The notes under the pieces are model-generated. The model was not told the origin of the DNA, did not search any database, and saw nothing but the letters and a program-made list of their open reading frames with translations. From contig NIVC01000591.1 of the NCBI GenBank assembly GCA_002269645.1, positions 434,001 to 498,000 of the forward strand: a DNA stretch of 64,000 nucleotides, written 5' to 3'. Origin of the DNA: Macrostomum lignano. Its lineage: Eukaryota. Made by a program: the position numbers and the translations under genes. Shown here piece by piece: positions 10,951-22,262 of this stretch (positions are counted from its first letter, which is position 1; each line of letters begins with the position of its first letter).

Positions 10951-12435
10951 AAGTACCTAGCCGGACGCAAAGCGAAAATGAACAAGATATTACATCGTAT
11001 TAAAACTTTTTTGGAAAGAAACTTTTTAAGGCAGGCAACTGTGTTTACTTTCTCGCATCAATAGAGCATCTGAGATTAATTATTATAGCCAGCAGCAATC
11101 GTAAAAAATCGTTAAGAAGATGCAGGTTTTTTATACAGCTTGGGCACGACAATGGCCAGCAGAGTTTTATATGCCTGCAGAGATTACTATCCAGTTATTT
11201 GAATGAATTCGAAAATTAACAATAAATAAAGCAAAACATAAAGAAAAAAAACCAAAAAATACAGATATGCTTTTACACTACTGTCAGTAGTTTTAGCTTA
11301 GGGAATAATTATGGCAGGGATAGATCGTGTAGTTGGGTGTTCCTTATAAGTTGTAAAAATGTAAAAAAAGTTGTAAAAAACAGCCAAAATTAAACTGTAT
11401 CAGGATTAGTATAAAAATTGGAGTATCGTGAAATCATTTTGACATCGCGAAATTCGACAATTAAGTATAAAAAATAGCGTGAGCGCTCGAATATAGGGCT
11501 GATGCTCTTGCCTTAATATATATCAAGTCAATATTCTGGTACGTATTATTATATTTCCTCATTTTTTCAGATCCCTTCTGTGTGCGGGATTCCTCTTCCC
11601 TCTTTTTTTATCCCTAAATGTGCTAAATACTACAAAGTATTAACAAAATAGTTTTATTTATTTTTTGATATTCGTATAAATTTTCCGATCGAAATCTTGT
11701 AAATATTTTAACTTTATCGATCAAATAAAGCAATACTGCGGCAGAGTTCTTCGGAACTGACCCGCGCCGGTTTCGACGGCACCTCGTTTTAACAAAAATG
11801 CATAACAATTAAAGTCGGTTTTCAGTCTTAAACAGAATTCTAACTTAAAAGAATATAAGGGTAAGATCAATTTGCACCAATAAAAGGAAGAATATTCTAA
11901 AAACGATTGTATGCCTATTCCATCATTTTTCTGTTTTACATATTTTGAGTAAATAAATCTTACGGTTTCCTGTTTTGATTCTTTAATATTTAGTATCGCA
12001 TATAACATAATAAAATACAATATCTAAATACTATGATTAGCGAATATATCAGGAACCAGGTGGTAGGATTCTACCAACTAAAACAGTAGTCTACTAAAGA
12101 GAACTAAGAATTGTAATAACTTCGAAAGGCAAACTGCAAAGGCTGGCTTGTAGCACGAAACAGTTGGCTCTGCTGAACTGAGAATTGCAGAGATACCGGA
12201 AAGGTAGTTGCCGTTCCAAAGCAGAGTGGGAGGCACCTTTATGGCAGTGTATTTGGGGTGGGTACGCCCCGAGCTTCGTAGAGGGAAGGTAGTGGAACGC
12301 ACATAGACATAGAAAGATACAATGGGGTGAGTCACACGCAGACAGACAGACAGAGAGATGTCGGAACCAGACAGACACGCAGTGATTTCATTCCATTCCA
12401 TTCCGAATGGAATAATGAGAAGGTATTGATGCCTT

Positions 12436-13349
12436 TGTAGTGAGCCGCTAGTTTATTGTTAGGCGTCGCCCTTTGTCAGCAGTCGCCCTTGCTCTCGCCC
12501 CTCTGTGGGTTGCTGTCTGCCGCTGGTCAGCTTCCCGCTCCCTTGTCTGTCTGCTCCTGTCCCTTTTGCGCTCCCTTTGCGTCTCTGTTCTCAGCCTTCA
12601 GCTTCTCTGCTGTTGGTTGTCTCTGTTTCGCTTCCGTCCCGTTTTCCCTGTCTCGTGAGCTAGTCACATGACAGTTCTTGAGTTCTTCGAGTCTTAAAGT
12701 GCAGTAAACATGTTTACTGCACTCGCTGGCCCTGTTTACCGGGTGAGTCACATGCTTTCGGTCCCCTCCCTTATCTAACGAGAGGAGTGACTCATGTTTC
12801 TAAAAATAGCAACTGAGTCACAGCCATTTGCACTCTGCCGGGGGACCCTCAAGTGACGTCAGTTCTAAAAATAGAACGAGTCACGAGGTCTTCTGCGTGG
12901 GTGTTTCCCAGCTATAAATAGGACCCCTCTCCCCCTTGTTTCCGTCAAGGAGCTTCCAGTTTTCTGAGATCCTGAGTTCCCAGTTTCTAAGTCTGAGACC
13001 GAGTGTCAGCCCGTCTGTGTGCGTTAAGTTCTCTTCCAATTGGTCTGTCTGAGACTCTACTAAAGCACACCCAAGCCTACGAGAGGCTAACGCAGCCCTC
13101 CCTGTACCAACCCAGCCCGGCAGGTGCTGATGACGAGACGCCTTGTACGTTGAACTGCAAATCTGCACCCGGTGCTGAGTTCGTTGACTTCGTTATTTCG
13201 TTCGGACGGGAAGTTCACCTCATCGAAGGCCGAGACCTGAAGGAACTGGTGGCAGCACTACCTACGCTACTGAGAGTTGAGAGAACTTCCCACTGAAGAG
13301 GCTCGAGTCTTAAGCGCCTAAACCGGGAAGAAAACAACGTTCTACTTCA
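12436..13349 (+). mobile_element. Solo LTR (914 bp), TG...CA termini, 4-bp target-site duplication CCTT
   Basis: Begins TGTAG at 12436 and ends CTTCA at 13349; CCTT at 12432-12435 and 13350-13353; TATAAA at 12913; alignable with the 915-bp LTR at 56701-57615 up to ~13275. Confidence 0.85.
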
Positions 13350-13685
13350 CCTTGATTAGGGATGCCAAAAACCGTGCCTTTTTGAGAACCAATTAACCGG
13401 TTTGAAAACCGTCTTTTTTAAGAGAACAATCAATTTTTCTATTTTTTAAGATAAACCGTCAATTTTTTAAAGAAAAGTAAGCATGGACCTTACATAGCAT
13501 AAAAAATTCATCTTATTATAACGATATTTGCTGCTGAAGCATGTCATTTTTCGTAACTTCTAACTAGACCAACTAATAATTATGTCGTCTAGTTGTGAAT
13601 AATGTGATTACGCGAACTTATACAACTTCAAACGATTTACTTGGCGTTTTAAAGTTTGACGGAGTTAATCACAAAGTTTTAGTCT

Positions 13686-14969
13686 AACGAGCGGCACTAA
13701 AAAAGTTTTGAGCCTGACCAAGATCTTATAGTGGCAAAGTGTTGAAACTTTAGGCTCTAAAAGTGCCACATGTTAATAGTCTATTGTCAACTATTCAGAA
13801 TTTTCTGCATTCCCTAAGCCCCACCGCACCATTTTATTTCCAGCACCCCATGACATTTTCGTAAGAATTGAAGCTTGAGCACAGGGCAGTGATTAAATTT
13901 CTGACTCTGGAGGGCTCAAAGCCTGCTGAAATTCAAAGCCGCATGGCTAGTGTGTACGCTGACGCTGCCCCCTCATACGCCACCATCAAGCGCTAGGCAG
14001 CCGAGTTCAAGCGTGGCCGCGACTCGCTCGAAGATGACCCCCGATGTGGACGACCCCGGAATGCTGTCACTGCCGACAACATCCAGCGCATCCAGGCTCT
14101 GGTTGACAGTGACCAGCGGGTGAAAGTCAGGGAACTTGCAGCATACACTAGACTCTCTGACCCGCAAGTCATTGAGATCCTGCACCAGCATCTTCATCTG
14201 TCCAAGGTTTCTGCCAGATGGATCCCACGAATCTTGACAAGGGACCAAAAGACTGCACGGGTGCAGTACTCAAAGCTTGTCCTGGACTCCTACGATCCGG
14301 ACCCTGCCAACTTTCTGTCCTGCTGCGTGACCGGGGATGAGACGTGGATCCATCACCACGATCCCGAGTCCAAGCAGTGGCTGCCAGTTGGTTCACCTGC
14401 ACCACTGAAGGCACGGACTGCATGCAGTGCGGGCAAGATTATGCTGACCGTCTTCTGGGATGCCAAGGGCCCGCTGCTGCTGGACTTTCTACTGCACAAG
14501 CAGACAGTCACAGGCGCCTACTACGCTGACCTGATCGCCCGTCTGCGCGAGGCAATCAAGGAAAATAGGCGAGGGATGCTGAGCCGAGGTGTTGTGCTGC
14601 TGCACGACAATGCACCGGCCCACACCAGCAGGATTGCCAAGGCTGCTGTCAGTGTCGCAGGGTTCCGAGAGCTGCCGCACCCGGCCTATTTATCGGACCT
14701 GGCCCCGAGCGACTTCCACCTGTTTCCACATCTCAAGCGGGCGCTCCATGGACAGCGATTTGACACTGATGATGCGCTAAAGGATGCTGCAACTGCTTGG
14801 TTTGAGGCTGCTCGGTGCAATTCTTCCAGAGTGGCATTGAGGCGCTGCGATCAAGATGCCATAAGTGCAGCTTGGTTGGGGGAGACTATGTTGAGAAAAG
14901 CTGATCTCACTTTGCCCATATCTCCTCTCTTTCATATTGAGGCTCAGAACTTTAATAGTGCCCCTCGTA
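13686..14969 (+). mobile_element. Mariner (DD34D) DNA transposon, decayed
   Basis: TIRs at 13686-13715 and 14940-14969 (25/30 match); transposase motifs WIPRIL, TGDETWIHH, LHDNAPAH, YLSDLAPSDFHLF with 34 residues between the 2nd and 3rd D. Confidence 0.92.
13850..14904 (+). pseudogene. Mariner transposase pseudogene
   Basis: ATG at 13850, in-frame stops TAA 13862 and TAG 13994, and a frameshift near 14809 (C-terminal FFQSGIEAL...GDYVEKS is in another frame). Confidence 0.88.
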
Positions 14970-15024
14970 GTTACTCTTAGATTGAGTTTATTGAAAGCTT
15001 TTAATAGGAACTCGTCATATACAT

Positions 15025-15880
15025 CTCTCTGCCCCCATTGAGTCTGCCTCTCTGCCCCCATCGAGTCTGCCTCTCTGCCCCCATCGAGTCTGCCCCTCTG
15101 CCCCCATCAAGTCTGCCTCTCTGCCCCCATCGAGTCTGCCTCTCTGCCCCCAACGAGTCTGCCTATCTGCCCCATCGATTCTGCCTCTCTGCCCCCAACG
15201 AGTCTGCCTATCTGCCCCATCGATTCTGCCTCTCTGCCCCCATCAAGTCTGCCTCTCTGCCCCCATCGAGTCTGCCTCTCTGCCCCCAACGAGTCTGCCT
15301 ATCTGCCCCCATCGATTCTGCCTCTCTGCCCCCAACGAGTCTGCCTATCTGCCCCCATCGATTCTGCCTCTCTGCCCCCATCAAGTCTGCCTCTCTGCCC
15401 CCATCGAGTCTGCCTCTCTGCCCCCAACGAGTCTGCCTATCTGCCCCCATCGATTCTGCCTCTCTGCCCCCATCGAGTCTGCCTCTCTGCCCCCAACGAG
15501 TCTGCCTCTCTGCCCCCATCAAGTCTGCCTCTCTGCCCCCATCGAGTCTGCCTCTCTGCCCCCAACGAGTCTGCCTATCTGCCCCCATCGATTCTGCCTC
15601 TCTGCCCCCAACGAGTCTGCCTATCTGCCCCCATCGATTCTGCCTCTCTGCCCCCATCAAGTCTGCCTCTCTGCCCCCATCGAGTCTGCCTCTCTGCCCC
15701 CAACGAGTCTGCCTATCTGCCCCCATCGATTCTGCCTCTCTGCCCCCATCGAGTCTGCCTCTCTGCCCCCAACGAGTCTGCCTATCTGCCCCCATCGATT
15801 CTGCCTCTCTGCCCCCATCAAGTCTGCCTCTCTGCCCCCTTGAGTCCGCCTCTCTGCCTTTTGAGTCTGCCTATCTGCCT
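15025..15880. repeat. 23-bp minisatellite (GAGTCTGCCTCTCTGCCCCCATC) with higher-order variants
   Basis: Direct reading; begins ~55 bp right of the mariner TIR. Confidence 0.9.
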
Positions 15881-16432
15881 CCTTAAGGCCGCCTCTCTGC
15901 CCTTATAGCTAACGAAATTTTTGTCAGCTAGTTTGATATAGTATTATTGTTATAAAATGAACAAATTACACGACTTGTACGAGTATTCCATTTTAGAATT
16001 TTAATAAGCATGTGAAAAGCCGTGAATTAAGCATTCGGCAAACTGGTTACCGGTTAACCTTGATACACCCAGGGAACATGTTAAAGTTTCCACCCCGAAG
16101 CCAATGGTTTGAATTATTCTCAGCTCTCAGCTCTAGTTGACGCAATTCCTAATACGCTCGCGGTTCTCGTCTCAACTGTGCATTATGGAATTTTCGTCAC
16201 AAGAAACAAGCTTAGGATAGTGAAGAGAAGGATGCCAAAATGTCATTAACAAAAAAAAATACATTATGCATATTATGCTTTTAATTATTGATTTTAAGCA
16301 ATTATATGCAACTCCTGAATTAGTGACCACAATGCAGGATGAAGACCAGCATCCTGACCGCTATTTGAATCGTTGATGATAGAAATTTTTGTCAGTGAAC
16401 AGAAATTCACAATCACCGCGCAAGGCGACGAC

Positions 16433-17757
16433 TCAACAAATAAGTTGCGATAAAAAGTGAAGCCACACGTAACTCCAACTCATCCGCATCCTCCATTTGA
16501 GCCACATCCCGGATCTACTACCCGAGTCTACTACTCCAGGCAGGTTCAAGCGAAGTAAATTCAGCACGGCATCAAAGTTCACGTAAGCGCGGTTGTTTTG
16601 CATCCGGAAAGAAAAGAACTCCAAATCAACAAACTGGCTTGCAAATGGCAGTCTAGGCTGCTCGTCAAACCAAAAGCAGAACTTCCACGCAGAGTCTCGG
16701 CTCCTCAGGTGCTGCATCACGAAGTCCGCAGTCGCCTCACTCGCCGACCTCTCAGCGGACCAGTCGATGCCTCTGCTCGCCCTGAACTGCCTGCAGTCGC
16801 TCACGACTTTCGCTGCAGCCTCTCTGTCGCCGAACTTCAGGCAGCTCAGCGCCCTCAGAGACTCTCGCGCCGAGCGGGCGCAGTCTGGCAGCTTGCCGAT
16901 CAGCTCCAAGAGACGCTGTCGGGACTCTGGGCTTCGGTCTCGGTCCGACACACGGAGCACCGACTCTCTCACGACGTCGTAGATCTCGTGGTACTCGATT
17001 TTCTTCGCTTGTGACACAGGTACATCAGCTTCAATGATAGGCAGAATGAGGAACGGGTGGAAGTGGAATCGGCCCGAGTCGGTGACGGGTCGCAGGCTAT
17101 CCTCGAACTCCAGCAGCAGCTCAGGCAGCCTATCGATCGCATCTCTCACTGCATCGGCTGCCTGACTCAAGGCTTTGCTCACCTTCTCAGCCGATGTGCT
17201 GGTGTCCACGCCTCTCAGGTACACAGCGGCATCGCGAAGGAAGAAGTGGTCCATGATCTTGGCGTCAGGTCCGCCTGATCTGCAGTCGCTCTCAAGCATC
17301 TGCAGCGAGCGTCTCGCGAGACTCACGAGATTCCGAGCGTCGTTCCACTGCTCGGCCGGTGTCTCCTCCAGCATTCGGAACGCGATGGTCTTTGCGTGAT
17401 ACGACTTGAAGCCGTCGTGTCGGACGGCCTTCTTCAGCAGCCACTTGAGCGTGACGAACAGCTGGCCCTGCAGAGTGGTGAGACTCCGCAGCAGCCGCCT
17501 CTCCAGGAAGCTGGTGCTCACTCGGAGCTGCTCGCCTTCGTTTCCGGGAGCAGCTGCGTGCACCACGTGACAGGGCGATGAGGCAGAGGTGAGGAGATGC
17601 TGGAGCGACTGCAGCACGGACTGGGGGATTTTTGAGTTGGAGACTCGGTTGTTGAGTAGCGGCGCGATGGGCGGGTAGCAGCAGAGGCGTCGGGCGTCAA
17701 CGTTGTCAAAGGCCGGTCTCAGCCCAAACCTATCCAGTGGCACCGATGGCTTGGATG
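16433..17757 (-). CDS. Mab-21 C-terminal helical region exon
   Basis: [47 protein letters not shown] are typical of the Mab-21/cGAS C-lobe. Confidence 0.85.
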
Positions 17758-20700
17758 CTGCAACCGTTGATTCGGAACAGTAGATCGAGTTTTCAAAGCG
17801 CAATGCGCTAGTAATGCAGTTGACATATGTAATAAATTTTACACAGTAAAATATTTGTACCTATCTTATGTCAGGACATATAGGAAATCGCTCTCACCGT
17901 ATCCGGGATACAACACGTGTTTATTGCTGTACTTCACTGTATCAAGCTCCGGTACATCGCACTTGCACAGATCTCTCAGATGGATGTTGCTTCCTGAGAC
18001 TAGATGCAACACATCGATGTCGGAGTCAGGGTCAGTTCTGCCATCCAGAGTAGCCAGGCTGTTGCCCCAGCCCTCAGAGAAGCTACCCACAACGAATAAA
18101 TCATTATGGTCAAGTCTTCTCCTCAGAATGCCCTGCAGCGTATCAGCCACGGCGCTCTGCAAGGCGGCTCTGGAGTCCACGAATCCCGACTGATTGAGTG
18201 CTTGGTGCAGCTGCTGGCTCAGCTCTGCGTCGCTGCGGGTGACTCTGAGGGTTAAGCACAACGGGATCTCTTTGTCTAGTTAGTTACACATATTTATCGG
18301 ACTTTTTCGTTTTGTACTAAAAAGGTAAAAGTTATACATGCAAAAAAGCGTGGCAGCCAGCGCATTTAATACAGCATAGCATATGTAGCTAAATAAAAGC
18401 ATTAGTCAACCAGAACTTTTACCGATGGCAAAGCATAGAAAGACGTTTTAAAAAATCATGAAACACCGCTTTACAAGCTCAACAGAAGACAAACCCAACC
18501 ATAAAAATAATGATCTTAGCAACAGTGATTTACCTTTTAGAAACGGTCGGCATTGAAAGTTGCCAGTAACCATTACTCATAGCTTGAATCAGCATCCGAG
18601 AGGCCACTTTATTTCCGATTATCCGAGATCGATTCAATGCGGCCTTAAGAATATCATGGTGAGACTCCGCGTTACAGGCGTGAAGAAGCAGATCCAAGAC
18701 CCGAATGTGGCCATTCTGTACCACAACGTCAAGAGGTGAGCTGCCACCAACTGTCTTAAGACTGACGTTAGCCTCTGCTTTAATGAGTGCCTTTATAACT
18801 TTGTGATGACCATTCTGTGATGCAACGTAGAGAGGTGACTTGCCATTGTTTCGCTGAAGATTGACGTCTGCTTGCGATTTAATGAGTGACTCGATTACTT
18901 TGTGATGACCATTCTGTGATGCAACGTACAGAGCTGATCCGCCATGGTTTTGTTGAAGATCGACGTCTGCTTGTGCTTTAACGAGTGAGTCAATTACTTT
19001 GTGATGACCATTCTGTGATGCAATGAAGAGAGGTGATTCGCCAGTCTTTACACGAAGATTGACGTCTGCTTGTGCTTTAATGAGTGAATCAACTACTTTT
19101 AGATGACCATTTTGTGATGCAACGTAGAGAGGTGATCCGCCATGGCTTTGTTGAAGATTGACGTCGGCTTGTGCTTTGATGAGTGACTCAATTACTTGGT
19201 GATGCCCATTCTGTGATGCAAAAAAAAGAGGCGATTCGCCTTGTTTTGCTTGAAGATTGACGTCAGCTTGTGCTTTGATGAGTGATTCAATTACTTTCTG
19301 ATGACCTTTTGCAGATGCACACAGGAGAGGTGACTCACCAGTGCTTCGTTGAAGATTGACGTTGGCTTGTGCTTTGACCAGCAAGTCAAGGACTTTGTGA
19401 TGGCTATTTTGCGATGCAATGAAAACAGGTGACTCGCCAGTATTTACTTGAAGATTGACGTCTGCTTGTGCTACGACGAGGGAGTCAATTACCTTTTCAT
19501 GGCCATTTGCAGACGCCATGTAGAGAGGTGACTCGCCAGTGTTTCGTTGAATATTGACTTCAGCTTGTGCTTGGATGAGTGACTCAATTACTTTGTGATG
19601 ACCTTTTGCAGCTGCAATGTACAGCGGTGACTCGCCAGTGCTTCGTTGAAGATTGACGTCGGCTTGTGCTTTGATGAGTGACTTAATTACGTTGTGATGA
19701 CCGTTCGCAGTTGCAACGTAGAGAGGTGAATTGCCAGTGTTTGCTTGAAGATTGACGTCGGCCTGTGCTTTGATGAGTGACTCAATTACTTTGTGATGAC
19801 CATTCTGGGATCCAATGTAAAGAGGTGACTCACCAGTGACGAGTTGAATATTGACTTCTGCTTGTGCTTTGATGAGTGACTCAGTTACTTTGTGATGACC
19901 TTTTATAGATGCAATGTGTAGAGGTGAGTAGCCTTGGTGCTGTTGAAGATTGACGTCAACTTGTGCTTTAATGAGTGACTCAATTACTTTGTGATGACCA
20001 TTCTGTGATGCAATGTAGAGAGGCGAGCATCCTTCAAAGTCTTGAAGATTGACGTCGGCTTGTGCTTTAATGAGTGACTCAATTACTTTGTGATGACCAT
20101 TCTGTGATGCAATGTAGAGAGGCGAGCATCCTTCAAAGTCTTGAAGATTGACGTCGGCTTGTGCTTTAATGAGTGACTCAATTACTTTGTGATGACCATT
20201 ATGTGATGCAATGTAGAGAGGCGAGCATCCTTCAAAGTCTTGAAGATTGACGTCTGCTTGTGCTACGACGAGGGAGTCAATTACTTTTTCATGGTCATTT
20301 GCAGACACCATGAAGAGAGGTGACTCGCCAGTGTTTCGTTGAATATTGACTTCAGCTTGTGCTTTGATGAGTGCCTCAATTACTTCGTGATGACCTTTTG
20401 CAGCTGCAATGTACAGAGGTGAATTGGTAGTGTTTGCTTGAAGATCGACGTCGGCCTGTGCTTTGATGAGTGACTCAATTATTCTACGATGACTATTCTG
20501 TGATGCAATGTAGAGAGGTGACTCACCAGTGTTGAGTTGAATATTGACTTCTGCTTGTGCTTTGATGAGTGACTCAATTATTTTACGATGACCATTCTGT
20601 GATGCAATGTACAGAGGTGACTCACCAGTGTTGAGTTGAATATTGACTTCTGCTTGTGCTTTGATGAGTGCCTCAATTACTTTGTGATGACCATTCTGTG

Positions 20701-21508
20701 ATGCAATGCAGAGAGGCGAGCATCCTTTAAAGTCTTGAAGATTGACGTCAACTTGTGCTTTAATGAGTGACACAATTACTAGGTGATAGCCATTCTGAGA
20801 TGCAATGTTCAGAGGTGAGCAGCCTTCAAAGTCTCGAAGATTGACGTCGGCTTGTGCTTTGATTAGTGACTCAATTACTTTGTGATGACCATTTTGTGAT
20901 GTAATGTAGAGAGGCGAGAAGCCTTCAAAGTCTTGAAGATTGACGTCCGCTTGTGCTTTGATGAGTGACTCAATTACTTTGTGATGACCATTCTGTGATG
21001 CAATATGGAGAGGTGCGTAACCAGTGTTTGCTTGAAGATTGACGTCGGCCTGTGCTTTGATGAGTGACTCAATTACTTTGTGATGACCATTATATGATGC
21101 AATGTAGAGAGGTGAGTAGCCTTCGGAGTCTTGAAGATTGACGTCGGCTTGTGCTTTGATAAGTAAGTCAACAACTTCGTCATGTCCTAGCTGGGATGCA
21201 ATTAGCAGTGCTGTAATTCCGTCTTTAGTTTTTTCATCAAGATTCGCTTTTGCTGCAATTAGTATTGCTAATACTTCGTGTCTGCCAAACATACTTGCCA
21301 CCATCGCGAGCGTCAAATTCTTTCCATATAATGTTACAACCTTGTCGACACTTCTTGCACGGAAAACAAATTTATGGATCGTATTTAGGTCGTTCGAAAA
21401 TATCGCCGTAATGAGAATTTTATCCAAAAGCTCTGCGTCAGATCCGGATTCGAACACGGGCATGCAGTAGGCGCCTACGAAATTCAGCAGCCATTCCAGG
21501 AATCGCAT
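16433..21508 (-). CDS. Ankyrin-repeat (~27) + Mab-21/cGAS-like nucleotidyltransferase fusion (cGLR-like), ~1548 aa, 3 coding exons
   Basis: Exons 21508-18534, 18244-17898, 17757-16433. Donor AG|GTAAAT (phase 2) matches acceptor CCCTCAG|A (phase 2); donor G|GTGAGA (phase 1) matches GTTGCAG|CA (phase 1). Total 4647 nt = 1549 codons. Motifs: VVGS...[21 protein letters not shown]...W, HFFL. Confidence 0.8.
17898..18244 (-). CDS. Nucleotidyltransferase catalytic exon (GS...DID) of the Mab-21/cGAS-like domain
   Basis: [31 protein letters not shown]. Confidence 0.85.
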
Positions 21509-21562
21509 GGCAGAGGATTTCACTTTTAAATGTTTTCGTTTTTTCCAAGTTTTAGTCTTCAC
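18534..21562 (-). CDS. Ankyrin-repeat exon (~27 x 33-aa repeats, 99-bp DNA period) of the ANK-Mab21 gene
   Basis: [28 protein letters not shown] consensus; single 3-kb open frame; first in-frame ATG at 21508. Confidence 0.93.
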
Positions 21563-22262
21563 TTGAGTGCTCTGGGTGTGCTTTTGTGACTGGAATTAGA
21601 TCAAAGTTGTACTACAGATACGAGTGGGTCGCTGGCTGATCAATGAGGTTACCGAATCTTTTCAAGACTTGATTGATCTGAAGCAGCAATCTGGATGTTA
21701 GTCTCAAGCAACAAATTCACTATTGTGTTTTTTCAAGAGTATGCAAAATGCGTTTTACGAGTATCTACAACACTTTGGGCCTGTGCCACCGCTTTCCTAA
21801 GCTTTTTTGTACATCTTTTCATAATTAAAAAACTTTTAATGCTGTTTGTGTGCTGTTGGCAGTGGTATTAGTAGTAGCAGTAGTAGCAGCAGTAGTAGTA
21901 GTATCAGTAGTAAGTAGTAATTTAGTAGTGGTAACTAATAACTACTAGAACTAACACTAAATGCTAAAGAAAAATGATCGAATTCTAAATCCTTGAGCAT
22001 AAAATAAAATCTGTACTGCCAGGTATAAAAAATGACGTTTATTTACTTTTAAAACACAAAGCAAGACAGTCTTACAGGCAATAGAAACGCAAAATTATCA
22101 GCAAGGAGTCGTCAGAAATGAATGATGGCACATTCTGCCTGTTGGCGATGCGAGTCGGGCTCCCTAATTACACATAAATGCAGCAATATTGCTCAAGTCA
22201 CTATCCAGGTCTCTACTGCGTAAATGAACGCAAATCCTCATAGTTACTATCCATGCCACAGC

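Noticed and set aside
11623-12401. Short ORFs upstream of gene A
   Set aside because: No motifs or splice-linked context
13355-16080. Possible hAT-like element (TAGGGATGCC start) enclosing the mariner
   Set aside because: No matching right TIR or TSD found
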